A stretch of DNA of 64,000 nt from Takakia lepidozioides (Eukaryota > Plantae > Bryophyta). The notes beneath the pieces were generated by a model, which had not been told where the DNA came from, made no database searches, and saw only the letters and a program-made list of their open reading frames with translations. The stretch's first letter is position 1. Every line of letters begins with the position of its first letter. The translations under genes were made by a program, and so were the position numbers. Shown piece by piece: positions 1 through 13,579 of the stretch. The stretch covers positions 47,120,001 through 47,184,000 of the forward strand of contig CM060731.1 of the NCBI GenBank assembly GCA_030704615.1. The letters are read 5' to 3'.

Positions 1-261
1 CAGCACCCTCACAGCCACTCTAGGGGGTCAAGCAGTTTATTTAGAAGCTAGAATGCTCAAGCACAAAATTTTGATTTGATTGAACCCATTCAGCTGAAGA
101 CTTCACAAAAAGGTTCCAGGTAAGTGAGAATGTTGTAAGGTTAGTCACAACAGCATGAATAGATTAGCAACAGAGGCTCATCCGAAGGACATATGTTGGG
201 TTCACCTATGGGAACTGGGAGTATCATCATGCATAGAATGTTTATGATGAGAGGTGCTTAC

Positions 262-2996
262 CAACAGCATCAAGAGTTGTAGCCACTGCAGTAACCCCAG
301 CCATTGGTACTGTTCCATGTGAAGCACGGTACCCCAGAATTCCACAAAACGCTGCTGGTATCCTCACATTTCCAACTGTGTCGATGCCTATTTGGCAAAT
401 CTTCAAAATTGAATCAGGCACCACAAAAGGAGTTGCTAGCCTGTTGAATGCATAAATATCACATTCAAGAGCTCCACTGCCAGCTCCTTATAACTGTGTC
501 TGACTGCAATGTATTATTTAGCATGTTTCTATCCTTTTTCTGACTCTCTCTATCTTGGTTTTAGAGACTCCCCCTTGTTCCACCCAAGGGGGGTCTATGG
601 CCACAAGGCTACAGTAAACAGCGTCTTATGAGTACATTGTATCTTGATGTTGGGAAATCCCTTCTGGACCTTTTTGTTCCCATGGGCAATTCGGGCTTCC
701 ATTGGACGTGGTAAACTTTCTCCAAGTTTCTGACAGCATATAGTGACCTGTGCAATGGTAATTTCCAGATTATTCTTCAAATAAATTACTACCCAAAATG
801 TATTTTGTACAGGAAAGGACCCTCTCCAACTCAATGAATTGAGGCCAGGAAGGATCAAGAATGGTGAAATTGGTGGGATTTCAATCATTTACAAAAGGTG
901 GTTGCAAGTACAACACAGCTCCCAAAACTCGATGCTCTTGTAATCCCAGTGATAGAGGATGTTTCCCAGGTCGTAAACTACCTATGTATATGCCTGATCT
1001 CTTTTCTTGAGGACACGAGACTAGAGAACTTAGCCCAAGGGTCTATGGTGAAATGAGATACTCTTCCCCGTAGCACATTAATTCAAGCTTACAGAATGCA
1101 TGTCCTCCTTACCGATAGCAAAATCAACAAGGTTTGCAGCAACAGCAACAGCTGACCCACTGGACGATCCGCCAGGAAGACGGAGTGGTGCAGCAGGATT
1201 CTCCGGTGTCCCATAATGTCTATTTCTCCCAAACAGACTGGCCATGGTAAGCTAATATCAGAAGAGTTCTGCTTGTAACATTTCGACACAAGAAAGACTA
1301 GAGGAAGCAGACTAACCACTCTTACATCTGACACCTGCAGAAGACCCATTTCTATTCCTAAGGGTCAAACAGTAATAATAGCATTATCAGTCTCAAGTTG
1401 ACGTCCTGATGTACGGTGGACATACTGCCATAGATCTGCAAAAGTCTGAAGAAGAATACAAAGTGGATACAAAATTATGCTCTAGACATTTCCGACCCTT
1501 CCATGATTTCTAAGTGCAATATTGATGAGACAAGCACTCTCAGGGAGACCTGTTGTGCCCAGCAAACAATTTGTATAGAGAAACTATACTTTGTCAATTA
1601 TACAGGACAGCCTCATAATGGAGGCAACCTTTCCTAGCTGGCAATGCGTCTATGGTTTTTATACAGGCTATTGACCAACTAATGACAAATTGCTCGCAGT
1701 GCTGCGTGTCATTATGCCATCGAAACTGTGCCACTGGTGGGCATCACTTTCACCATAAGTTAATTATCAAGCACGCATGTAGTCAAGAAGTCAGAACACG
1801 ATTTGGATGTTTGTTCCTGGGACTTGTTTTCTCCAGCTTTCTCATGGTGGATAGACATTTACTCAAATTGTCTCCAGATGGGGAAGTTTACCTGTAACCC
1901 AGCTCGTCCATGGTTGTCTTGCCAATGCATGTTGCGCCTGCCTGTATTACAAATCCAATAGCCACTGCTGTTCGTTTGGCTGCTTCATGTGTCCGTTCCC
2001 ACTCAGGACTTCCAAAGCCCGTGACAAACCACTCCACATCAAATCTATCCACCATAGCACCATGCATGATTATCCCTCTGGACATCAAGTAAGGGAGGGC
2101 TTATGGTTTCATCAAAACAATCAAGCAAGAATGTAAACATCACAGCTTTCAGGCTAGAGACACATCCCATCTGTCTTTACAACATACACATTATCCAGCA
2201 GGGAGAGGGACACAGAATATCTGATGAAGTTTCAGTTCGTTTCACCTAAGAACTAGATACAAGACACTGGTGTTTTAGTTCAAAATTACATTAGATAGTG
2301 ACAATACATGTGAGTTCAAAACGATGCCAGTAAGCTTATTGCTCCAAATGACATCATAGTTAAGAAAAAACATGCAAATTGAGGTTACACAGTCGTCTTT
2401 TAGCTCTGATTTTGCAGTTCAATACAGAGCTGCAGTTGGTATCGATATGAAGGACTTGTACAAAGTCAGATTCTTGCATACGGAGGATTGGCAACCAATT
2501 AGATCTTGAAAACAATAGGCTCCTCTGTTTGTATAGTAACAAGCAGTAATCCTAGGGTCATATCTGGCAAGAGGCATACATTGAGTAGTGTACAGATGTA
2601 TGGTGCTTGTTCTCAACATAAAGACTGGAAGACACACCATATGAAAGAGAATCAGTCAGATAGACTGCTCATTTCATGCGGTTCTCCTGCTCTAAACTGG
2701 CGTGTAAACCATCAAAGGATTAACCGTGTGGCATAAAAGGGACTAATGGAATTCGTAAATACTTCCTTAGATTGGTCGTCTTACATGTCTTGGAGGCCAA
2801 AGTTGCATCTTGAAAGTGGGAGCAAATTGGGACGTTTTGATTGTGGCGGACTCAAAGTTAAATAATGATGGAAGGCACCGTAATCTTTGGCTGCTCTCCG
2901 CCTCTTTAAGATAAGGAAAATGCCAGCCACACTCATCCCAAGTAGAAACCATAGTCTGATTGGCACCTTATTAATACTACGCAATACCTCCGACAT
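262..2996 (-). CDS. Toc64/AMI1-family amidase-signature protein, paralogue of the adjacent TOC64 gene; exons 1-4 only (continues off the left edge); predicted catalytically inactive
   Basis: GT-AG exons 2996-2785, 2044-1892, 1237-1113, 387-262. Exons 2-4 are 153/125/126 nt, the same lengths and phases as exons 2-4 of the + strand gene. N-terminal hydrophobic segment LWFLLGMSVAGIFLIL followed by KRRR. Motifs [48 protein letters not shown]. Confidence 0.9.
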
Positions 2997-5110
2997 TTTC
3001 CCCGACTTTCTGCAATCTTCTCAACTCCCTTTGCTTTCAACCATAGGAGTCAGGTTCAAGTTGCACCAGGAAGGCCACGCGATACTTTTCCTACTCCCAC
3101 CACTGGTATCAACCTTGCTGTCACGTCTCTCCTGTCCTTGATGAAACGGCTGTCTGATTTCTTACAGGACTAGATACTGAAGTCATCTGCCGGATCCTCA
3201 AACTGATTCAGAAGATTGTCGTTGTTCATGTCCCTTTGGAACCGTAAAGTTCCGAATTGCACTGCCTCCGACTTCTCGGTTTTTCGATTGCTTAATGACT
3301 CCAAGTAGTGGCTCTCCACACCGAGGAATGCAAGGAGAAGACAATGTGAGGTACTTATGTGGAGCCTCTCCATGGAAGTCGGATTATACCACTGCAAGTC
3401 AGCTGTAATGTCCGCCTACTGGAGCTCAGTGATTTGACCTTGTTCAACCACTTCGTTTGAACGGCTTTGGAAACTTGACCAATTTGACAAGAAGGCTATT
3501 TATTTCCCTCTTTTCATACAATGAATTGAGCTCCCAACCATTCATTCCGTGAAGTTGCAACTCTGAGTCCCTCAATGGTACTGGGAGTTGAACCTCCTTC
3601 AATCAGATATGAGTATTATTCTCCCCACAACCGCACGTCTTAAGACTAAACAGCATGCCGGCCAAAATCAGTCTTCACATCTCTCCCGCCGTTCAACATA
3701 GAAGAGGTTCGCATACAGGATACTATGGACAACGGTTTCCTTTGAAAAAACTTAGTCATCCTATCGTTCTCCAAAATTTCTGGTAAAGTGGCTGATTTAC
3801 ATGCCATAAATAACTTGAGATTTATCGAGATCACAACACTCAGTCCAGACCTATTGGGGGTTATCTGAGGAATAGAGTTTAGCATTTTTAGATGGGGAGG
3901 GGGGCCAATACAGATATAACGTTTTCCCTCCTGCACGCGTTCTCCCACTCATCTGTTTCCACGAAATCATTCCGTAGACAGCCAGAGAAAGTGCGGAGGA
4001 GATTGGACAGCATAAAGAAACACAAATCTAGCAACGAGCCCTAATCGACATTGCGTCAGCCAGACAGACACATAGACAAGCAGGTGGTTACATTTTACAA
4101 CAAGTAACTCACTGAATCCATGGATCGTAGAAATCAACAAATTAGCGAAGATCTCCAACTTCAGAGCAATCTCTAACTTCTTCCCGAAAAACACAGCAGA
4201 TTTGAAGGGGACCAGCAAATTTAATTTAAGCTTAATCCAAACTCAGACTATCGTCTTTCCTCCCTGAAATCCACCTATATTCTTCAACACCAAGGGCCTC
4301 GCAGATCTCCACCCTTGAGCACAAGAGAACAGACAATTTCGTAAGAACACGATCATGGTGCCCTCGCTTTGCAGTCCTTCTAGGCAAACCCGGATATCGT
4401 ATTAGGGCATGATTTCCCAACGGGATATCTGAGGAGAGACAACTAATATAATGTTCCAGCATGAGCGTATGTAGATTCGAACCCGGGAACGATGTTGTCA
4501 GGTGCCCTAAAAGTGTGCTTGTGATCAGGGGAGCTGTAACCCTAGTTTCCGAATTGGGCTTTAAGTCTTGCACCGCTCAAGGTCTGGAACGAGGGCCCTG
4601 GAGGTGAGCTTGTTACAATCGAGGCTTTGGAATTTGGCTGCGAGGATTCGGGAAGCCTCTGCGGCTTGCAGTAAGGGATTACGTGGGTAATAGATTTGCA
4701 ATTGGGTTTGTGGAGGGGATCCGAGAAATAGTCTGGAGGCTGGCATTCTCAGGCTGAATTTGTCGTGTTGTTTGCCGGGATTACGAAGGGTTTTCTTGCT
4801 TGCTTATAGAGCAAGAGAGGAAGATATTGGACGGGGTAGGGTGCGGGTTAGGTGTTTGGAGTGTCCCAGGAATCTTTTGATCGGCGAGAGCTTCTGGAAA
4901 TTGATATAGGATGGCGCTCAAGTCTGGATGAGATGATGAGGGAGAAGGATAGATTGTTGAGTAGCTTCCTGAGTATGTGCGAGAGTAGGATTTAAGATAG
5001 GGGCGATAGACGGTGTCAAATTTTATTAGACACTTTGGGTGTGGAGGGAAGGATTGCCGTAAGTGGCGTTCACAGCGTGCATTGGGGCGATTGAGACGAG
5101 ATTCTGGAAA

Positions 5111-8100
5111 ATGTCAGTGGCCAGGTCGCTGGGAGTGCTGCTGGGCCTCGGCATAGCTGGCATTCTCATCTTGAGGAGGAGGTTGAGATTCGGATCGGGC
5201 ATAAAAAAGGATCATGGTGCTTTCATACAGTACTTTGAGTTGCTTCCACCTCCGCCGCCGTCACCTCCGAATGCTCCACATCCGCTCACTGGGCTTACCT
5301 TTGCTGTGAAGGATATGTAGGTTTTTCTGCTTCTAGTTGATAGCTGTTTGCACAAAGTCTGCTGAAGAACTTTAGCGACTGCTCCGTATACGTCACACAA
5401 GTCTTGTCTCGAGATTGGGTTGTCAATTCCTTGAACATCTTGACCCTCGTTGCTTCATACACAGGGCTCTACCTGAAAACTAAGCCAGATTATGATCAAT
5501 TGAATGGATTAGTCAATTATCTGATGATGATTCAGTTCACTTCGGGGAAAATCCACTCAGGTTTTGCAATACCTCACTAAATATTATTGACAGTATTCCA
5601 GGAGTCCCTCTTTTGAGTTCCTTGTTTTTCTGTCGTTTTTGTTTGTATTTCATAGAACCACCTGACATTATTGATGGGTTGAAGCTTAAAGGATATGTTG
5701 GTCGTCTGGAGAGCAGATTTGATGTAGAAGGATTTGTCACGGGCTTTGGAAACCCAGACTGGGCAGCATCACATGAACCTGCTGCGCGGACAGCACCAGC
5801 CGTAAAAGTACTGGTTGACTCAGGGGCCACATGCATTGGCAAGACTCACATGGACGAGCTTGCTTACAGGTTTGTTCTACCTGAGCCACCAATGGGAGGC
5901 GAGTGAGAGTGTAGGTTTCAAATAACCATGAGTTGGTGCAGTTTTAGTGCATGTGACGGAAGTCTTAGTTTGCCTAATGAATTCTAAAATGTGCTTGTGC
6001 GTGCATGCAGTATCAATGGAGAAAATAAGCATTATGGAACTCCTGTGAATCCTGCGGCACCATCACGGATTCCGGGAGGGTCATCCAGTGGGTCAGCCGT
6101 TGCCGTCGCTGCTGATATCGTTGATTTTGCCCTTGGTACAGTGCCCTGGCATCTCTTATGTGTCATGTGTCAGGCATGTTTTCACAAAGATGAAAACTGA
6201 GTATGTAGCCTGGTCTAAATCTCAAATGGTAGTTAATGAATCGACCGTTCATGGTTTGAATCTTCTCTGCACTTGCATTTTGCCTGCTGGTTTTATGTGT
6301 TCAGTAATTTGAGAAGTCTTGTTTCACTTCTACTTCTACTTACACCCCAGTTCTCTTGGATGAACCTTACACAGAAGCTGTATAGTTACATATTCTACTC
6401 ACTTGGGCTGAACTCTTTGTACGAAGGAGGCTTTCCTCATTGTCAGTTTAAACTCTTGGTTGTTTCATAAGTATACAGATGGTTTTTGAAAACAGTTTTG
6501 GTTTCTGCTAATGGATCAGCTCTATTCAGTCCAGTCTTCTATGGAATTGCCTTAGAAAGGTAGGTCGGAGTTTACTCTACACTCACATGAATATTGTACA
6601 TGTTTTGGATATATCAGGTACCGACACTGGTGGGAGTGTGAGAATACCAGCTGCATATTGTGGTGTCCTTGGGTTCCGCCCTTCCCATGGAGCGATTCCC
6701 ATGGTGGGGGTAATTCCCATGGCCCAGAGTTTTGACACTGTTGGTATGCACCTTTCCGTTGCCTTGTGGGTCAATCTTTGAATCCAGGAGTAGTCTTTTG
6801 CAATGGGACCTTCTAATTACCATTCGTACTCTGGCCACAGGTGGGGCTTCCCTTCTGTTTAGGATGCAAGGTTTGCATCAATGTTCTCAGTGGTTGCGTC
6901 TCCAAGATTTGCTGGTTGATTAGGTTGGCCAGTGGGTGTGTATGACGCATCTACTGGTGAGACAAATCTAGTGACCACAATCTGGGCAGTGGTGCCGTGT
7001 TGTAAGAAAGCCTCATAGTGTGCTAGCGTGTCAAGGCTGCTGAACCTGAACCTGAACCTGAACTTGATCCTGGCTGTATTTGGATTGAACCTACATATAG
7101 GTTTTATCATCACAAAATTCTTGTCCAGTTGATCCTAGCTGACTTTTGCATTGTATGGGTGTTGGGAAATAATGGTGCAGGATGGTTTGCGAGGGATCCC
7201 ACGGTGCTGCGGCAAGTGGGTCACATTCTACTGCAGCTGCCATATACAGTTGTGAGGCAACCACGGCGTATCTTGATTGCTGATGACTGCTTTGAACACT
7301 CGTCGATCCCCAATGAGCAGACAGTGGGTGTGGTCATGAGGTCAATTCAGAAACTTCTTGGGCGTAGGTTATTTCACCATGGCCTTGCGTGTGAATGTGA
7401 TATGCGGTTTTCTTTGGCTGGTGCTTGATTATCTACCTTCCACTATGTGGAGGGGATAGGCTCAGGAACCACCAACACAGACATGGAAGTGGTACATATT
7501 AAATTTCCGTAGGTTCATTCTTACTACTGCTTCAAGGTTTTGTACTCCACATCACTTGTGCAACTATACACTGTTTTTCTTATGTCAGCACCTCTGGTGG
7601 TGTGTCCTTGTGGAACCATGTTTGCTGTTTGTTGTATTGGCAGCTGTAAGAGATTTGTTGTGCCGTGCCAGTAGAGGGAGGTCCTATTGTCCCTCTGCAC
7701 GCTAGGGTTGTAGACCATGTCCCAAGTAGGGTAGAAAGGCCTCTGATGGTGCATCTAATGATGGAGGAAAATCCAACACTGAAACTTGTTTGTTTCAACT
7801 CTATGGGATGCCCTAAGTCCACTGCGTCCTAACACACGTGCTCTCAATTGGTTTGATGAAATTCTTAAAAAGTTAGAAGGGTTTGAAGTTGGGGGATCTT
7901 ATGTCAATCAGAATACTTTTGTGCACTGGTTAGCCTTTTGAAGGAGCACGCTGGTGTACCAATGTTTGAATGTCTTGTCAAATTGACCTGTGCCACATTG
8001 AGCATTTGAGCCATCATGGGGTTAGCAATGTGCATTTTGACCCATTTGCAACTATTATAGGTTGCACCATCATAGGCACCAGTCCGTCATAGGACCCATT

Positions 8101-10958
8101 ACCCTTTGTGTTTTGCTTGTTTGCCATAAAGTGATTCTAGAGGGTACCATTGCCTGCCCTAAGAATGGGGTGGCTGTTGGCCTCTTAACAGGCCAAGTCT
8201 TGCATCACGTGAATCTTGGAGAGTTTGTGGCTAAAAATGTGCCAAGTTTGAAGGCACTTGGAGAGAAGGCAAGCCAAGGCAGTGATTTGGGAGCTCTGGA
8301 TATCCTCCGTATTGCTATGCAGTTGCTTCAAAGGTATGCTCTAGCAAGCCAGAGGAGGGAGACCAAGGATGCCTGTTTCACCCTATGATATGTGATGTAC
8401 ATATATAGTTGTTGTCAGCTTTGGGTGCACTATCATTGACAAAACTTGCTCTTTGGCAGAAAATTGTTCTTCTTCTATTCTAACAATCACATAGTGACCA
8501 TCAATGAGAACAGCTGCTCCTGGGAATAACCCTTTGTGGCGTCAGCTGAAAAGAAATTGCGGTGCCATGATTTATGTGCAGATGGGAGTTCAAGACAAAC
8601 CATGAAGAGTGGGTGACCACTGTGAAGCCTGAGCTAGGGTCTGGAACTGCAGGGCGTGTCAAGGCTGCCTTAGAGAGCTGCTCAGAGCTGGTGTCACTAG
8701 CTCAACAAGTTAAGATTGAGGCGCGCTTTGCAATTAATGAACTTCTTAAGGTACGGCCGAAGACGATTTAAATCCAGCATCTGACCAGTGTCTTGGGTAG
8801 TACCAGCATCTTTCTGTAGAACATAGGGTGAAGTCTTTTTGCATGTTGTAGTCACCAAATTATGTGTAGGTGTTAGGATAAATGATATAGTAGCATGTCC
8901 AAAGGGAGTGGTTGTATATTTCAGTAAGTCTGTGGGTGGTTTGTCACAGAATGATTCGCTTTTGGTACTTCCCACTGCTCCAGGCCTCCCTCCAAAGTTG
9001 AACTCAAAGGGGGTGGCTTTGGAAGACTTCCGTTCAAGGGCGTTTGCTTTGCTTAGTGTGGCTGGACTGTCAGGTTGCTGCCAGGTACATCTCTTCATCT
9101 TCATTTTTGGCTGGGTGTCTCTTTTGGCCGAATCATGTGAAACTTGCATCTGTGCCATACGTGCATGGCTTTACTTTCATTAATTGCCTAAATCTCTCTC
9201 CAACACGTACAGTAGTGTACTTGTGTTATGATACTGGCTGTTGCTGTGACAGGTGAGCATGCCAGCAGGAGAGGTGGATGATGTGCCAGTGGGAGTTTCA
9301 GTACTGGCAAGGCAGGGGTCAGACCGTTTTTTGCTGGACACTGTTTTGGCATTGCATGCCACAGTCCAAGAGGAATCGAAGGCTACGGTGCTGAATCGAA
9401 GTGCATCTGCAACCAATGGCAAAGCTGATGCAGCCGAGATAGCTAAGGAGAAGGTGTACACTCGTTGCTAGCTTCTTTTATTTGTGTCAATAGAGTACAG
9501 GAGGGTTTATGACATTGTTCACTCTTCTTAGTATCTTTGTCCAAGGTTTCTGCGAGATCCTCTGAAGGAGTTTGTCTAGAAGAACACTACGACTAAGATA
9601 ATGAGGATCGAATCTCAATTAGACCAGTTAATAGAGGTGTTAGGTTTGTCATTAACTTACCCAATTACTAAGTAGCTCTCTGACGACCCAGATGATGCAA
9701 TGTGGTGAGTCCAAGAATCTCTGATGTGGCCTCTTTCACATGTCAGAAGTACTCTCTGTTTTTGGATCTGACACTGTTTGATGCAGGGTAACGCTGCATT
9801 CAAGGAGAAGGACTTCCAAAAAGCTGTGAGTCATTACACGGATGCTATACGACTTGATGGACAGAATGCAACCTACTTCAATAATCGTGCCATGGCCTAT
9901 CTTCAGCTATGCAGGTAATTCTCTAGGTTCGATTGCCCTGTCAAAGTCGGCACAATATGTTTGATCTTGATTGCATGGCTGTCTTACTTCATGGGAAGCA
10001 AGTAGAATCAGGCAGAATTTCAATTCATAAGGATTTCATGTGGTCTTTATTGTTAGGTTTTAACAGGCAAGAGGGTCAGTGTCAAAGAGATGATCACCCC
10101 TGGTATTAGTCCATACTCTTTGGTTCTTAGGGCTTGTTTCCTGTTTTTAACATAATATCAGCCCCTGGTGCCGTGTGCCTCTGCAGTTTCCCACAGGCAG
10201 AAGCTGACTGTACACAAGCGATAGGGCTTGATAAGAAGGTACATAGGTCTGGTATACCCCTCTTTGAGCGGACTGTAGATCTTAAGCTACTTTGATTTGA
10301 CTAGATTATTTTGAACAACTGTGGTTCTTTATTGGAGGCTGTATGACAGGACCTTGGAGTCTGTGATCCTGTGCAGTATGTGGTTGTAATCCTGTTGCAG
10401 GCCATCTGCAGGCATGATGCTGATAAGGGCAGGTTTTAGGCAGATGGGATCCCTCTTGCAGTCTTCAGCACTTTCTAGGAGCATTGGCAGGTGTTCTTGT
10501 TAATAGAGACTATGAGTCAGAAACCATTGACGAACAAATAGTTGTTACTGAGGTGGGGATCTTGTTACAGAGTGTGAAAGCGTATTTGAGAAGAGGTACT
10601 GCACGTGAATATTTGGGATATTACAAAGATGCAGATGAAGGTAATTTGCATTGTCCATCCTGTGGGCAGATTCCTACCCTTGGCCCTTCATGCTGTGGAG
10701 CTTGTCTTCTTTGTACTTGATGATAGCCTCTGTCATATGCTTTTGATTGGAGTCTAGGCCCTTTGTCCTTTTCTAGAAAGTTCATTATTATGTCGTCAAG
10801 ATCTGACATCTCCTTCAGTCCCTTCTTTCTCTTTTCTCTAATGCTTGAAGAAGTGAAAATATGGGTGTGCAGATTTTAGGCAAGCACTCATCCTTGAACC
10901 AACCAATAAAACTGCGATTGAAGCTGTCAAGAGATTAAAGAAGCTTTTATATGAATAG
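5111..10958 (+). CDS. TOC64: Toc64/OM64-type organelle outer-membrane protein: N-terminal TM anchor, amidase domain, C-terminal TPR domain; 13 exons, 591 aa
   Basis: GT-AG exons 5111-5316, 5717-5869, 6011-6135, 6618-6743, 7181-7363, 8192-8333, 8582-8750, 8950-9084, 9253-9453, 9787-9914, 10187-10238, 10571-10640, 10873-10958 sum to 1776 nt in one frame. Motifs [31 protein letters not shown]-like segment [44 protein letters not shown]...[12 protein letters not shown]...[11 protein letters not shown]. Confidence 0.93.
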
Positions 10959-11169
10959 ATCATTAGTCCGATGTTTAGTTCAAAGGCTGAATCTCCCCAC
11001 CCGTTGTATTAGCTGGAGCTCTTATCAACAGTACACGTTTGCGTAAAATTGTCAGAGAGAGCCGGTTCAACGTATTTCTTGCCATGACAGGTTCCGCCAC
11101 ACCATATCCTGTGTTTTGGGGCAAGCAGTGCCGCTCATGCCGCAGGTTTTGAGGATCCCTACGTTGAAG

Positions 11170-11650
11170 ATAGTGTAGTGTAGAAGGCTAGAGCAGCAAT
11201 ACAGACTAGAGGCCAAATTTTAGTAGAGGTGGGCACCTTGTGTTGTAATTCACATGCATCATGAAGAGAAGTACCATGAAGATTTTTTCCACAGCTGTTG
11301 AGGGTGTAGATTTTGGTATTCCAGGGTTGGCAGCCGCTGCATTGAGGAATGCATATGGAAGTGCACAGGTTGATATCCTTCTCTTGATTGTATTTGCATC
11401 TGTGACCGCAGGTGGCAACATTGTCACTATCTGCCATTGTTGTCAAAATGAATACAAATAGTATTAAGCCAGTGTCGAGTCTCTTGTCATTTTTAGCTTA
11501 TGTCATTTTGTCAATGCTTCTGAGGCTTCATTCAGGGAGTAGAAGAGACCCAAAATACTAACAGCAACTTGCTTACTGTACACTTTCTGGAGGAAGCCTG
11601 TGAATCCAAAGCTGTTGGAAGGTGAGACAAATGATTCAGTAGCAGTGAGG
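11170..11650 (+). repeat. Non-coding segment downstream of TOC64, homologous to 61030-61490
   Basis: Collinear shared blocks in both places, e.g. TTCCACAGCTGTTG, GCATATGGAAGTG(C/T)ACAGGT, GTATTTGCATCTG, TCTGCCATTGTT(G/C)TCAAAATGAAT, GAGACAAA(AA)TGATTCA(G/A)TAGCAG. Confidence 0.8.
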
Positions 11651-12489
11651 ATGCCCAAATGTGGCAGGCATGTTATAATTATTTTAGTAGATTGAACAGG
11701 TAGAAGATGTGAGGAAAGGAAGGTTCAGAGGGGGTCAAGAGTCTTAAGACTGTATTTGCCTGCACAGAGAGTGGTCACAGAGTACGGAATTCTCACCCTC
11801 CTCAGCAACCCATGAATCTTCACAAGGGAAAAGATCTGCTGCACAACCAGCAACACAGATCTGCCAATCTGCCATAGCCAGGAACTTTCAAATCTCTGGG
11901 CCACAATTTCGAAAAAGGCAGTTTGTTTAGCAACAAAATAGCTTTGACTAGATCACTCACATGAGCGTACTCCCCTTGTGAATCAGTTTCCTAAGATCAT
12001 GCTGGACCTCGATTTCTTTTGTCGTAGCACGTTCCTCACTCTGTTTGTCTATTGCTACAGGTCATTGCTCAGTGTGATAATTATGTCTTGATCAACTTTC
12101 ATTCCTATTTTACAGTTTGAGATGTGATTGATTAGCGCTAATGCAGAACCTTAGCAAGTCTTGATCAACGCCCATATCAGCTTGCATTTCCAATATGAAC
12201 ATGACTGTATCATCGACAGATTCTCACAGGGCTTGTGATCAGCTTGTGTTCCTATTTTAGCTGTCTTAGTTATCTTCCAGTGAGATATTACATGGCTGGA
12301 TCGCCAAGAAACCCAAGAGATCAAAACATAGGGCCTAAGTCTGACTGACTTTTCGACTAAAGGTTTCAAGGCTAGTGTGAACGACACGGTAGGTTAGGGC
12401 GAAAAGGGATCCAATAGCTTAACCCCTGCCCCATAGTGGCGCTCAAAGTGCGCCCATAGTGCAAGAAAGTATGCCCAGTTTTGGAACGT

Positions 12490-13145
12490 GTCAGGGTAGG
12501 GTGCGCCATGATAGGCCAGAAAGCTTACCCAAAGAGGAATGAACTACAATACACCATTCATGAAACTTTACATTCAAATTACCCTAGGTAGATGAACTTT
12601 ACTGAAAATTGTTCCAACTACAAAATGCTGGGGCTCATCAAGAGCTTTCCAATGGTATCTTTATTTCTTAAAATGGTTAAAATGGTTAAAGTCCAAGGTA
12701 CCAAACGAGCAATATATCTTGTGCGCCATGATGGGCTCACTTGTTTACCCTTAAATTACTATACGTAGATGTCCTCTAATGAAAATTGCTCCAACTACAA
12801 AAAGATGGGCCACATTAAGCACTTTCCAATGGTATTTTTGCTTTCTTTTCTTTTCTTTTCTTTTCTTTTCTTTTCTGATTACCATCTCAGGTAGAAAAGA
12901 TATTACTGAGATATGAATGAGTCATGATAGGAACAAGGTGCGCCATAGGCTAACATTGACATCCTCTACTTCTATCCACTTTCAATTGCAGATAAAGTCA
13001 TAATCTCGTTTAACTTTCAACTAAGAAAAGTTGTGTTATCTTAAGAGCTTTATGTTAAGGTATTACATGATCTTCATAGGTTAAAAGCACAAAAAGTTAT
13101 TACATTTACCCATTTTCTTGCGCCATGAAGAGTGCTTCTACCCTA
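12490..13145. mobile_element. Probable non-autonomous DNA-transposon-derived repeat
   Basis: Recurrent GCGCCAT motif (~12503, 12722, 12939, 13120), an internal duplication (GAAAATTG(T/C)TCCAACTACAAAA...CTTTCCAATGGTAT at ~12604 and ~12781), a (TTTTC)n run at 12841-12875, and a CTACCCTA end. TIR/TSD not clearly resolved. Confidence 0.35.
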
Positions 13146-13242
13146 AAGGCTTACATCTATGTAAGGTTAGTTTTTCCTTACTTTACATAAAATGGGTAAT
13201 ACCGGACCAAGAAAGGGGAATATATCCCCGGCCCTGAAATCT

Positions 13243-13257
13243 TGGTGGAGATGGGGG
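13243..13257 (+). promoter_or_regulatory. Primer-binding site (tRNA-Ala-like) of the gypsy element
   Basis: TGGTGGAGATGGGGG immediately follows the LTR-end block. TGGTGGAGATG is complementary to the ...CAUCUCCACCA 3' end typical of tRNA-Ala. Confidence 0.65.
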
Positions 13258-13579
13258 GCATTTTGTCTGTTATTATGGATGTATGAACTAATGATGTTTA
13301 GGTGATGGTAAGGTGAAGGGAACAGGAAGATATGGTGATAGTAGGTACGATGGCGGCGGCTTATACTCCCTGCTTCCTTGTTTTCCTTTTTTGTTTGTGC
13401 CAACTTGTGTTGATTCGATCTGTTGTGTGCAATGGCGTCTCCTTCCCACGTTGAGCTACTGTTTCCTGAGATTACTCCTGAACCCAACTTTGAGCTTACC
13501 TTTCAGCGTCCGTTTGAGCGAAGATATCTGTAAGTACGCCCCTGTTGATGCCAAGGAAGCATGGACGCGTGAATAGATT

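Noticed and set aside
3170-4750. Short ORFs between the two amidase genes as separate genes
   Set aside because: No recognisable motifs or coherent splice structure; more likely promoter, 5' UTR or UTR introns.
5111-10958. GatA amidotransferase or FAAH assignment
   Set aside because: The N-terminal TM and C-terminal TPR domains indicate the Toc64/OM64 architecture.
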